Positions 1-11,965 of a stretch of 64,000 nucleotides of DNA are shown piece after piece. The translations under genes were made by a program, and so were the position numbers. Numbering within the stretch: position 1 is the first letter of the stretch; each line of letters begins with the position of its first letter. Below the pieces are notes generated by a model. That model was not told where the DNA came from. It did no database searches and was given only the letters and a program-made list of their open reading frames with translations. This stretch comes from the human T2T-CHM13v2.0 reference genome, Homo sapiens: the NCBI RefSeq assembly GCF_009914755.1, contig NC_060925.1. One strand, 5' to 3'.

Positions 1-573
1 ATCATACCAGAGTTCAGGTCCTTAACCAACAGGCTCTGCTGTATCAGTTAAGTTTTGGTTCTGAAAATGGAAGCCACTCTAAGTTTTTTTCACTATAAAG
101 GAAGCTGACGTAGGGAATAAGGCTTATACAACCTTTATATATGCCTCCCATTGGAAGAAAACGATGATCAGGATGGCTCTAGATCTAGAAACACAAATAT
201 TGCAGTGATATCACTACTACTGAGCTTAGCTGCTTGCAGCATCTGGGAGCTGCTGACAAAGCCCCACATCAGCCATTTGCTGATACCCAGACGCGTGCCT
301 AGATCTTTACTGGAAGCAATGGCCCATCTTTTTCTTCTGCTTTGCAAACTTCACAAAGTGCCACCCCAATGATATTCAAACAGGCACTTGAGAAACGTGA
401 TTTCCATGCTTTCAGGCCCTGTTTTACAAGGGGAAAGCTTAGAAGGACAGAAAGGATACTGAACATCCACAGATAATATCAGGCTCACAGGTTATGAGAC
501 AAAGCATAATTTACCTGATTTTTTCTATCATTATGCATTTAGGTTGTTTCCTAGCTTGTGGCTACACACTTCA

Positions 574-705
574 CTGGCTCATATGCCCACCTGCATATAT
601 ATTTTAGCCACACACCCAATTTCAGCTCTCCCAGGGAGAACTGAATATGCAGGTGGGCATATGACCCAGGCAGAGCTGAAATTGGAGTGTGTGGTTAAGA
701 TATAT
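574..705. repeat. Crossed (A-B-A'-B') inverted repeat pair
   Basis: 574-598 is the reverse complement of 645-669 (24/25; 579-598 vs 645-664 is perfect over 20 bp). 597-629 is the reverse complement of 672-705 (2 mismatches, 1 indel). Confidence 0.9.
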
Positions 706-1479
706 CCCAGGTGAGCTCACAAATGTTCTGCTCTTCCACTCCTGGCCCCCTGCTGATGCTTACTGTCCAAACAGCCGCTTGAGGGCAGCACCTCCCCACT
801 ACTACAGATGCTGGCACCTGGCATGGTGATGCTGGCTTGCCTCCCTAGGCTAGGTCTCCTTATCTTCCCAAAGCTGCAGACCCTCAGGTTGCCAAGGCAC
901 ATCATCCGTCTGTGCTGAACCCAACCAAGATTCTTCACCAAGTGAAGAATGCTCTGCACTAAGTCTTCTAACTTCTCCCCTGAGTACTAAACAGAGTTTT
1001 CAGGCCTCTGTGTCTCATTTATGGAAACAGCTTCTTTAGCGTCTGAGGGTGATTCTCTCTCCCTTGTGGCTAGACTGACCTATGGGCCTGGTCGGAGGCA
1101 GATGTCTCATTGTCTGCCATCTACTCCTCTCTATCGCTTGATGCCCAACCTCTGAGAAATTCTTTCCTTGATGAAAATCAACTCATGGGAAAGAAACTCC
1201 AGTTAACTGCCAGCTCTGACACTTCACAACACATGCATTTATTGTTTGAACCCTTAGGTTGAGAAACTTTCTGTATAATCTACTGCTACAATGAAAATTT
1301 TGGCCATCACTCTTTGTTCACATTCTCTCCTTAGAGAAGGCTGTGATACATATTGGCAAATTTCTTCCCGAAAGATCACACCAATTTATGCTTCCACCAT
1401 CCAGTGACAGTGCCTGTATTTGTACCCTGGTCACTGCACTCTCCACTGAATGGTATTTTATCAATCTATGGAGACATTA

Positions 1480-1548
1480 TATTTATGTGTATGTGCATGC
1501 ATATATATATTTATATGTGTGTGCATGTATATGTATATAAGGGTGTGT
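1480..1548. repeat. (TA)/(TG)-rich low-complexity tract
   Basis: tatgtgtatgtgcatgcatatatatatttatatgtgtgtgcatgtatatgtatata read directly. Confidence 0.8.
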
Positions 1549-1749
1549 GTTTCCCTCAGGATGTTCTGCTCACCATATTAAAATAAATCATGCCCAAATT
1601 CTCTCTGCTATATTCTTGAGACCCAAAGCACTGAGCCTTCCAAAAATGTGAGAACGGCAACAGCCCCAACATATCTGTTTAGTCCATTGTAACTGTGATC
1701 ATTGCAGCTGTTGATTGATTGAAAGGTATTCTTCCAGAGGTTGAAGGGG

Positions 1750-2110
1750 TGTATTGCTAAGGAGTAGGTTTAACTGCAAGTGACCAAAAAGCCAAAATAA
1801 GAGTGGCTTAAACTAGATAGGTTTTTTTTTTTCTCTGTCCTCTAGGGACAAAATCAGTAGTTAACAAGGCCAAGGCTGGTATGAGATCCCTGGAACCCAG
1901 GTTCTTTTCATTTTTAATTCTCAAATTTGCATCCACTTTCCATCCAGCAAGAAGAAGAAAAGGGAAGAAAAAGATGGGTTTCTTCCTTCAAAAGACATTT
2001 TCTAGAAGCTGTATGCATAACCCCAAGTATATAGGTAAGTTCAGCTGCAAGAAAGTATGGGAAATTCAGTCTTTATTCTATGTAATTGTTTTCCAGCTAA
2101 AAATAAGAGG
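1750..2110 (-). mobile_element. Old MaLR (MLT1-type) LTR remnant
   Basis: ctgcaagtgaccaaaaagccaaaataagagtggcttaaac resembles the antisense start of late MLT1 LTRs; highly diverged. Confidence 0.4.
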
Positions 2111-3104
2111 AGTTAAGTAAAGAACAGATCTAAAGAGACAAACAGAAGTCTCTCACCTGGAGGTATATAAGATATGATGTCTGTTCTTAAATTACCCACA
2201 ATTTACTTATTTCCTGGAAAGCCTGTGTTCCTCTTTTACATGGTAAACAAAATGTTGTGGATAATGGCCTATTTCTTTCTTCCTTTTAATTATAGTCTGA
2301 TTTTCCTTTGACACAGATTATAGTTTCAGAGATGCTTCACATTCATTTTGGACTTCAAGTGGCTGAAGTTTCTCATACTTTACTTTCTTTCCTAGCCAGC
2401 CTCTCTGTCTGGCCATTAATGAATCTGAGAATAAACACTCAAATGCAGCTGGTAAGTGTGAGCCTGAAGATTTGTTTCATATCTTTTCCTTGACAAAAGA
2501 AGGATGAAACTGTACTAAAACACAAGGAAGCAAAGAAATTGAGAAAGAGGGAAATGAAGACAATGAATATAACCTCCATTATTCAGATTAAAAAACCTAG
2601 TTTGGCCATTCCAGGGAACTTTAATGGAGATATACATCAGTGGGCTTAGGGCAGTTTACAGAGGCAGGATTTCACCATGGTACTATATGTATCTTGTACA
2701 TCTCATAAAATGCACAACAGCAAAAAATTAAGGTAATATAATTTAATAAGTTACTGGTGAGATGAATAAAGATGGTGATATAAGCTTTATTGACTAGCAA
2801 CCTTAAATAAATAACAGGTATATCTTGGGCAATGAATCCCAGAAGTGTTTCTTATCACTCATAACCACTTGGCAAATGGTCCTTCTGCTGTCCAATTGGT
2901 TGGGGAAAAGTTTCCCTATTTAATTTTACATCCATCTTTATTTCCAGCTTTCTCATTTTTTGCCTGAACCATGCATCTATGCAGTGTGCCTTACTCAAGA
3001 AGCATTTTCTAAATGAAGCAATTTGTGTATAGTTGATACCCAATTCAGATACATACATTGATTGAGGGCTTTTGTCTGAGGATTGTATTACTAGAATGTG
3101 CTTT

Positions 3105-3838
3105 AAAAAAAATCTATATACCACATCTACTAGGATGGCTATAATAAAACAAAACCAGAAAACAACAAGTATTGGTGGGGATGTGGAAAAACTAGAATTC
3201 TCATACATGGCTGGTGGGAGTGTAAAATGATGTAGTCCTTATAGAAAATATTATAGTTTGGTGGTTTCTCAAAGAGCTAACCATAGAATTATAGTATAAC
3301 CAAGAAATTCTACTCTGAAAAAGAATTGAAAACAAGAACTCAAGCATATACTTGTATGTCAATATTCATTGCAGCATTACTCACAATAGCCAGAGGTGGA
3401 AACAACCCAAAGATCTGGCAACAGATGAATCAATAAACAAATCTGTACATATGTACAATAAAGTATTAGTCAACCATGAAAACAATGAAGTTTTGATATA
3501 TGCTACAATATGGATGAAACCTAAATACATTATACATAATGAAATAAGCCAGACACAATAGGACAAATATAGTATAATTCTACTTATATGAAATATCTAG
3601 AATAGGCAAATTTATAAAAAGAACATAGGTTAGAGATTACCAGCGGCCTAGGGAAGGGGATAGGGAGTTATAGTTTAATGGGTACAGAGTTTCTGTTAGG
3701 TGAGATTAAATAGCTGTGGAGAAAGATTGTGATGATGATTGCATAACACGATGAATGTAATTAATGCCACTAAATTATTCACCTAAAATGGTTAAAATTA
3801 CAAATTTTATTGTATGTGTTTTACCTTAATAAAAAAAC
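3105..3838 (+). mobile_element. L1MB-type LINE-1 3' fragment
   Basis: ORF2-end/3'UTR motifs (ggatgtggaaaaactagaattctcatacatggctggtggg; cattgcagcattactcacaatagcc; aatgaaataagccagacacaa), ending in an A-rich tail at ~3830. Confidence 0.85.
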
Positions 3839-3867
3839 AATTACTTTAATCTTTCACACTTAAATGG

Positions 3868-4311
3868 GGCTATGGTTTGAGTTGGTCCCCTTGAAATCTC
3901 ACGTTGAAATTTCATCCCCAAGGTGCTGGTGTTGGCAAGTGGGCCCTAGTGGGAAGTGTTTGGATCATGGGGGAAAATCCCTCATGAATGACTTGGTGCT
4001 GTTCTCATAGTAGTGAGTGATTCTCCCTCTGGCCAGAATGGATTAGTTCTCATGGGAATGTTCCCACAGGAGTGGGTTTTTACAAAGCTAGGATGCTCCC
4101 TTGAGTTTTGCCTGTTTGCAGATGTCTGCTTCCCCTTTGACATTCTCCATCATGTTATGACGCAGCTCTAAAGCTCTTTCCAGGAGCCGAGCAGATGCTG
4201 GCACCATGCTTCTTGTACAGCCTGTAGAACCGTGAGTTAATAAACTTCTTTTCCCTATAAATTACTTAAGCTCATGTATTCTGTTATAGAAACACTAAAT
4301 GGACTAAGACA
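3868..4311 (+). mobile_element. MST (MaLR) solo LTR, MSTB-like
   Basis: Starts (g)gctatggtttg and ends ggactaagaca; aataaa at ~4238; near 5-bp TSD aatgg (3863-3867) / aatag (4312-4316). Confidence 0.85.
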
Positions 4312-4909
4312 AATAGTATTCCATTTATAGTTTACAAAGGTTTGCCATATCTGATTTAATTCTCTTATCCCCACAAAGTGGCAGAATATCTAGTATTCCC
4401 TGAATCCACTTGACCCTTACTTGCCCTGACCCTGCTTTAATGATGATAAAGCTGTTTCGAGAACTTAGTGAGTTGCAGAGCCAGCATTGGTACCCAAGTC
4501 CTTAGACTCCCTGCTCAGAGTTCAAGTGTTGATCCTCTTAGGAATTCAAGTCTTGGAAATCATTCTGAGGTCATTGATCTGCAGCTGCCCTTACATAAGC
4601 TGTCACTATAGACATTTAGCCTCTGGTTAAGATTGGCCTCCACCTCACCTCCACTTTGGGCATCTGAATATCTGACTGAATGATTGTTTGGGGTGTCAAA
4701 ACAGGCCTGGAAAGAGACTTAACTTCAGAGTTCAAGGTGCTCTATTCATTAAAATGAAGATGCACAAGGAAAACATACCCAAAATATTAAGTATCTAGAG
4801 TGGATCCAGTGACTCCCAATACTGGGGCACAACGTGAATCAGTATGGGAAACCAGGACTTAAGACATCCTGGGAATTGTTGTTCAGGGCCTCAGACTTTA
4901 AGAATCATT

Positions 4910-5095
4910 GGAAGCCCATTCTACATATTTAATCCTCACAACAATGGGGGTAGGGAGAGGAGCAGGAACTGTTTTCCACATTTTATAGCTTAGGGAAGGT
5001 TGGTGCTTGTCTAAGGTCATACAATCAGAGGGTACCAAAATGAAAATAGAACTCAGGTGTCTGGACTTCTAGATCAGGGCTCTTTCCATTAGGTT
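4910..5095 (-). mobile_element. MIR SINE
   Basis: aatcctcacaac...ttgtctaaggtcatac...gaactcaggtgtctggactt matches the antisense MIR core. Confidence 0.6.
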
Positions 5096-6406
5096 GCAGC
5101 TGACTGCTTCTAGGAGACCAAGTCCAATGCCCAGTAAATGCCATGTAGAAGGCGGCTGTTACTATTCTAAGTTTCAGGCAGGGGATGGGGACAGCCAGGA
5201 GTGGAGTGTGGGGATGCCATCCCGGATATGGAGTCATTTTTCATGACTTATGCCACTCTAACTGGCATAAACAAGACATAGCTGAAGATTAAATGTCCTG
5301 AACATTATTAGTCCATTAGATTTCTTGACACCTCTTCCCGTAATGCTGTCTTGTTTACATTCCCAATCAGGTTCTGCTTATCAAGTTTCTAAAATGTTCA
5401 TGAGGAGTTGTCCTCTTCCTTACCAGTCTCCAAGGAGCAAATACTCTCTTGTATACTTTGGGAAGAAAAAAATATTTCTTTTTAATTGAAAGCTCAAGTT
5501 GCCAAGAAGAAATTGCTTTACCACCTCTACCCTTGCTTTGTGGTGCCAACTTGTCCCAGTCTGCCCAGAACTTTCCTGGCTGAAAGTCTGTGTCCTCCCC
5601 TTAATCTAGGGAAAACTGGGGTGGTTGATCACCCTACCATGGACCTAATTTTCTTCACTAGTTCCCCTCCCTGAATCCATACCCCTTCTGTTCCTATATT
5701 TAAGACTAGCTTTTGAGAACTGGATCCTGCTGGGGTTGGGAGCTTGATCACAGCAAATAGGAATCTTAGGAGTTAGTCCTGGGCAGAGGGTGATGTGGCT
5801 TTTTTGGCTTTCCCAGCCTAGGTATGTTGTGTTGATTGTAAGCAGTTCCTTCTTCCTGCCTCTGCAGGTGATGAACCCGACCCTATAAAATGCTTTGTCC
5901 TCACTAGAAAGATATTCTGTGGCTCAATTCCACCTAATAAAGGCAGATGGATTGGTGAACTGGGCTTGATGGTCTTTGCTCTGTAAGACAAGGAGAATCC
6001 ACATGAAGGTGAAGTACAGATATTTTAGGGCCTGAGCTTCCTGGGGTGAGACTTCAAAGGCTCTCAGGAAAGCAAGAGAGTGGCTGTGGCTGGTCAGAGG
6101 CAAAAGGAGGAGATGTTGGCGCCATTCACTCTCGCCAGCAGGAAACTGGGACTAGCCCATGGCCCCAGGGAAAATTCTTAATATTTTCACTGTAGAACAT
6201 TCTAGTAAAGCCAGGCGGGAAGCAATTACTGACAAGGTCAGTCTATGAAGTGAGGTAATTGAGAAGATTTAGCACAAACCAGTATGTCCTTCATTTCTCT
6301 TGGCAAAGTAGATTTGATGATTTTGGCTGGCTTTACGCGGCTGGCGATTGTCGCAGCAGGTTGGGTGACGCGCTGTGCTAGCAGAGAGGTCAAAGCACTG
6401 ACTCAC

Positions 6407-6800
6407 AGGCCTCCTTCTCAAGTGTCCCTACTTCCTTAGGAAGAAGAGTTCGCTGTCCATGGTTAGATCAAGCTGCCTTTCTGACCTGTCACAGGGTATT
6501 TGTTGTGCTGGATTTGTCGTTTCAGGGCATGACTATTTGACAGCTCCTGAGAGGAGGACAACCTAGTAGCATTTCAGCTTTCACTGTCTCGCCCGGGGTT
6601 TTAATGATAGAGATGAATTCACTGCATGTGTGCACGGGGCTTATGTAAGCTGCAAGCAGTAGCGCAGAGTGGAGAATGGGAAGACATGCGGGGGCGGCAC
6701 CGCAGTGCAGATCAGAGCTTGGAGAGCTGGGCTGAGTTCGCAGCACATGGAGGTGCAGCGACTGCAGGCTGCAATGCAGAGCCAGTCAGAGAGCCTGCAG
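6407..6800 (-). other. Putative non-coding first (5'UTR) exon of a minus-strand gene
   Basis: Repeat-free, CpG-enriched block. Minus-strand donor CCT|GTGAGT (actcac at 6401-6406). No long ORF runs through the donor. Inr-like TGCATTGC near 6775. The 5' end is inferred and the gene is not firmly recognised. Confidence 0.5.
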
Positions 6801-7150
6801 CAGGGGAGGAGGGGGCAGCTTAGGAGCTTCTAGGGGTGGCGCTGGGGCATAAAGCCCTAATTTGGCCCTGTTCAGAGGGGAGGGCTGGGAATGGTGGGGA
6901 ATACTGCCCTACTGGGGCTTGTTTGTGACAATGGGTGGGGTATGAAGTGTGGGAGGTTGCTGAGGAGACAGAGGGGGGAGGGAAAGGCCAGATGCCCTGG
7001 AACTGCGGTGGAGGGGTGCGGTATTAAAGCAGCAGGCCCCTGTAACTGATTAGCTGAACAATTTCACTTTACGGGCTTCTCCTTTTCTGTCTGCTCAAAC
7101 TACTCCTTCCTCCCCACCGTCACCCCTGCTCCCCCCACCGCCCTCTAAGT
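6800..7150 (-). promoter_or_regulatory. Putative TATA-less GC-rich promoter
   Basis: G-run-rich on + strand; canonical G4 motif GGGG-A-GGG-CT-GGG-AATGGT-GGGG at 6877-6899; SOX-type ACAAT at 6928-6932 and AACAAT at 7057-7062; adjacent to the putative exon. Confidence 0.45.
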
Positions 7151-7719
7151 TCTCTCTTCTTTATAATCCCAGCCAGACTCCTCCCCATCTTGGACTTTCC
7201 TAAACCATGGCCTACAGCTGCCCACCCCAGCACCTAGTAAATAACACCTTTCCTTGATGTCTCAGTGGGGTGATGGGCAGATATCTCTGCTGGAGTCATC
7301 ATGTTTGAGGATGCTCAGGATCTCAGCTGAGTGGCCACCTCCACGTAACACCAGTCTGCCCCAATCCCACAATCTTTATTTGAGCTTATTCTGCATAAAG
7401 AACTGGGCTAGGTCCTTCAGGGAATGTTACTGCCCTCTAGGGCTGGCAGGATAATGGTAAGAAATAGGACAAGAGCTCAGATGAATAAAGCATCCAGCCG
7501 AACACGGTACCTGAATACCTCAAGAAAGATGCAAAGTGCTATGTTTGTGTGTGTTTTCTATAGGTTCAAATACCTAACATCTCTTTTTTTCGAGCTGATT
7601 TACTGCTTTGCAGGAACAGTATATGGATTATTTTTTTTCTGATCTCTAAATCCGATGGGGTTTTCAATAGGGCAAAGGCTGGAGGTATATCTCAGTTTCT
7701 GTTACTGTCTTTTTGATCT

Positions 7720-8180
7720 AGCAGAGAAAGTTTGCCTTTAAAATCAGGCAGACCTGGGTGTAAATCTTGGCACTGCCACTAACATGCTTTGTGATGTGGG
7801 GCAAGTAACCCCACTTGCCATCTGTTTTTGCATCTGTAAAAGACAGATTAAATAAAAAGTGGTTAAGGAGCACAGGCTCTGGGGTTAAACTGTCTGGGCT
7901 TGAATCCAGAATCCACCAAATACTGTGGGATCTTGGGTAAGTTGCTTAACTTCCTGGTGCATCAGTTTCTTCATCTGAAATATGGGAATAATAATAGCAC
8001 CTATCTCATAAGTTTACTGTAATAATGCAATATGTCAATACATGCAGAGAGCTTAAAATAGTGGCTGGTATAGAGTAAGTATCTTCTAATAATGATGGAA
8101 TCAATATCAGTTATATCACAAGGATGCTGTGAGATATAAATTAGACAACATACATAAAAATACCTGGAAAATACATATGA
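7720..8180 (+). mobile_element. MIR cluster (near full-length MIR at ~7857-8090 inside/after another MIR)
   Basis: agtggttaaggagcacaggctctgg...ggcttgaatcc...cttgggtaagttgcttaac...cagtttcttcatctgaaatatgggaataataatagcacctatctcata. Confidence 0.8.
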
Positions 8181-8534
8181 ATATCTCTGAATATCTTCTT
8201 CCCTTGTTTATCATGAGTTGGAAACCACAGAAAAGCCTTCTGTTCTAACATTCTGTAGCACATAATTTAGTCTAATATGAACAGATTTTTTTCTTTTTTG
8301 CCACTTTTCTTTAAAAAAATGGAAACTTAAGTTGATATAGTGAGTGATTACTAATATGATATAGTAACTGTTAACATTAAGCCAAAAAGTTATGCTAAAG
8401 TACAATTTTCAAAAAGGTAAAATCATGACTCACATGCAAATGTAACATGAATAAATGTCAAAAATTTTACTTAACCCATTAATTAATTAGGGAATGAGTA
8501 AGATGCTAAAATGAGTTCAAGGAGAATTTGAAGA

Positions 8535-8536
<2 letters not shown>

Positions 8537-8574
<38 letters not shown>
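8537..8574. repeat. (AC)19 microsatellite
   Basis: Perfect dinucleotide run read directly. Confidence 0.97.
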
Positions 8575-8579
<5 letters not shown>

Positions 8580-8610
8580 CAGGAGTGCTGAAATGAATTT
8601 GCTAAAAAGA

Positions 8611-8722
8611 TAAATGACGAGTTAATGGGTGCAGCACACCAACATGGCACATGTATACATATGTAACAAACCTACATGTTGTGCACATGTACCCTAGAAC
8701 TTAAAGTATAATAATAAAAAAA
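8611..8722 (+). mobile_element. Very short L1PA (L1PA4/5-like) 3' end
   Basis: taaatgacgagttaatgggtgcagcacaccaacatggcacatgtatacatatgtaacaaacc...cttaaagtataataataaaaaa is the L1PA terminal ~110 bp plus A tail. Confidence 0.92.
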
Positions 8723-10849
8723 ACAAAAACAAACAACTGCAAAAGGTAGAAAACTGATTAATAGCCTACAATGCTGTAAAGTCAAATGTTTGGCATTAAC
8801 TTGTTTTACAGGATGAAAATCAATCAAATTTCTACCAATCTACTTGCATTTCTCTAGATAAGAATAATTTACTTTACTCTCAGTTTTCTAAAACTTAAAT
8901 TCTATTCCTTCAGGGTTGTAAAATTAACTAGTGAAAGAAAACAGTGAAAGATGCACACCCTGTGGAATCAGATGACCCCCGAGAGTCTGCTAGCCAGTGC
9001 TCATCCCCTTACTGAAAGGGCCCCCAGAACCTCATAATTCAAGGCAAATCAAAGAGAAAATACCTTTGGAGTTAGATAGGGAAGTTTAATTTGTGAAAAG
9101 TACACTTGTCAGTTGATTTTATAACCTAAGGAGAATCTGCATTCGTGTTGTTACCTTGTCACACACCTTGGATTCCTAGATTCAAGACCACCATCCCTAA
9201 GATGTGAGATATCTGTAGAGGCCACTGAAGTGATGGCTGGTGCCAGAGGCTGCTTTTTGCTGACTGACTTCTCAGAGAGACTCCATGGCCTGATAAATCC
9301 TCTTCCAATGGTGTTGCAGGCTTGAGAGAGAAATCATGCCACACGTCTCCGGGGCCTGCAATAGGAAACCCAAGAGAGGTGGGGAGATCTAGACTCCAGG
9401 TAGTGGGTTGATGGATGCTAAGCTGCTGGGCCACAGTTCAGGGTAGCTCTCTCTTCAGACTTCTTTCTGGGGCTCCCAGTAGTGCCCATCACAAGTCCCT
9501 GAGCCATATACATATTAACATGTTTATAAAGTAGCAGAAAATTTCTCTGACTTTTTAAATCCCTCTGGGTATAATCATGGGCTAGTGGAGATGCTTAGAA
9601 TGAGCATGATTAGGACTCCCTGGAAAGTTTTCTCCAAGAACTCAGGCTGAGTATGTCCTTACTTTCCAGAAGAGAGTCGGCTATGTTCCCCAAAGCATGG
9701 CCTGAGAGCCCCCTAAGTGTCAATCACTTTGAATGTTACCTCCAAACTCATGCGGATGGGGACACTTAAATAATCAGTGGGCCAAATGCTCTCTTTTCTC
9801 CTCTTTCTGGAGCTGAGACCAGCCAGTTTCTCAGTCACCAATGGGAGGAGGAAGGATAAGGGAGAGACGGCAGACACAGAGGCTCTTGGTTTGAGATGCT
9901 GGGTGATATGGCAAATTGACCACAGTGCTCCTCTATTCCTTTTGAGTTTGGGGGAACCAGGGAGAAGTGAGGGCAAACACAGTGGAGTAAATCAAGTATG
10001 ATTTATTCATGGACTGGCAAGGAGCTCTCTCTTTCTTGCTTGGGCCACATAATTAAGTCTAATTAATGGAAAGTGATTGTAGAGGGAGTTCAGAGCCTAT
10101 TTCCGGTTATCATTATCCAAAGACAGCAATCAAAATGTAGATGAGCTGTCTCTATCTTACCCCAGGAGGGAAACATGACTTCTTGATAATGAAGGGGAAA
10201 TGGCAAATGGATGCTGCTTGTGGCTTCCCTATCCACAGTGGCTGCCAGGGTGATGGTGGGGGATGGAGGACCAGCAGACCCACTTTGTGTTCTGAAATGA
10301 TGCCACCCTGTCTCCACTGTCTGCTTTCTGCCAGGACAGCCTAAGTGCTGCACTAATGCTCTCTTCTCACGCTGCTGGGAGAGAGGCAGGAGGCCAAGGA
10401 GTCTTGTTTCTTCCTCCCTTCACCCCAACCTCAACAAAGATGAGCAGCTAAGTAGCTTTCCTCAAAGTACACCAGACAATCAGGATTTTTAACCAGAAAG
10501 GACACTTTGGAGCATTGCAGTTTGGCAGCATTAGAGATCCACTCTCATTCTGACCTTCAATCTAAATAATTAGAGCCTTCTCATCTAACTAAACAAAGAA
10601 GATCTGGGGCAGCATGGGACAGAATTAGAAATAACCACCGGGAGATCCGAGCCCAGCCTGAGGAGGACAGCCCGGTGCCATAGCCCAAATGGGAGAAAAC
10701 AAATCAGATGGAGGCAGACATCTTCCCAATCTGCATCTGTTTTTATTATTTTTGAAAAACAGAAAAATGACTCACAACAAACCCCTCTAAGAACAAATCA
10801 GCCTGGGATGAAATTTCCAGTGCACCTCTTTCCCTGACAGGATCATAAA

Positions 10850-11000
10850 TTAACCCTGGGCTGCAGCAGCTGCTGGGGCATCACTCTGGCTGCTTCCAGC
10901 CTGTCCCGGGAGAGCCCCCTATGGCCCCTCCCTCCCCGCCTATGTCAGCGCCGCTAAATTTAGCTCTTCCAGCATGTGCACAGTTTATATTTAGTGCCTA
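10850..11000. promoter_or_regulatory. Candidate enhancer (2x MEF2, E-box, GC box)
   Basis: CTAAATTTAG 10954-10963, TTATATTTAG 10985-10994, CAGCAGCTGCTG 10864-10875 and CCCCGCC 10934-10940, in repeat-free DNA. Confidence 0.4.
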
Positions 11001-11409
11001 AAAGTCAGAGTTCAATGTGCAATTCATCAAGTCATCAATCATCCCTCCATCCAAGCGACACATTATAGAAAAATACTTTCAAAAGACTCGCTTGCTCTCC
11101 ACAAGGGGTAGAAGCCATTCTAAGAAGGAATTCACTGGGCCAGAGGGGTTTTCTCCTCACTCTGGTGTGTGAGGAGTGCCTGAGAATGCCAAGCTTGGAG
11201 TGGGGGTGAGTGGAGGGGGGAAGAAGAGAGGGAGGGGGAGGACTCAGAAAGTGGACAGCAAGCCCCGCTACACTCAGTCTGTCCCTGCTGAAATTCAGGC
11301 AGCCGGCTGTGGGTCTTAAGGCCCCTGCTTAGATGTTCGTTCCTGTTGGGAGCTTGCCTTGAGACCCTGCAAAGAAATTGGGAGGCACCCGCTGCACACA
11401 TTGTTTTCT

Positions 11410-11560
11410 CTGCCACTCTCAATAGCAGCAAACAAATCACCCAGGATGTTGCTGAAATGCAGGTTCCCGTTTGGTATGTTCAGGGTAAGATCCTGCACTT
11501 CTAACAAGCTCCCATGAGATTCCCAGGCTGCAGGCAAGGTCCACAGTTGAGAGGCAAGGG
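11410..11560. mobile_element. MER5-family hAT DNA transposon
   Basis: aatcacccagg...aaatgcaggttccc...ctgcacttctaacaagctccca(t)gagatt...ccacagttgaga. Confidence 0.6.
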
Positions 11561-11759
11561 CCCTGCTGTAATCGCCTGGAAACGGAAACGTGCTATCTTC
11601 TGTCACAGACCGTAAACTCCCTGAGGGCACTGACCTCACATGCCCCCGATACATAGTCAGTGCTTAATAAATATTTTTAATGTATGAAAACAGTGATCTG
11701 ATTCCTCAGGAAGGTCTTCTAAAGCCATCTCCTATTTTGATTCACTAGCAACAGGAGCA

Positions 11760-11965
11760 GCTAAAATGTATAGGACTTTATCATTGACAAAGCATTTTGA
11801 GGTTTACTTTAATCCTTATAGTCACCTTATGAAATATTATTGTTGTTATCTTAAAGTAATTTTTTAATAGAAAAAACCTGAGAGAAATTAAACGATTTAG
11901 CAAAAATCACACAGCTTCAAAGCACAGAGTCAAGAATCAAATTTTGGTCTTCTGGTTCAAAAGCC
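11760..11965 (-). mobile_element. MIR SINE
   Basis: tttaatccttatagtcaccttatgaaat...cctgagagaaattaaacgatttagcaaaaatcacacagct. Confidence 0.6.

Noticed and set aside
6522-6823. 74-aa (-) and 65-aa (+) ORFs as protein-coding genes
   Set aside because: No recognisable domain; the minus-strand ORF starts at GTG; such ORFs are expected by chance in GC-rich leader sequence.
8600-8750. TSD for the short L1PA 3' end
   Set aside because: Only a degenerate A-rich similarity; it cannot be called.
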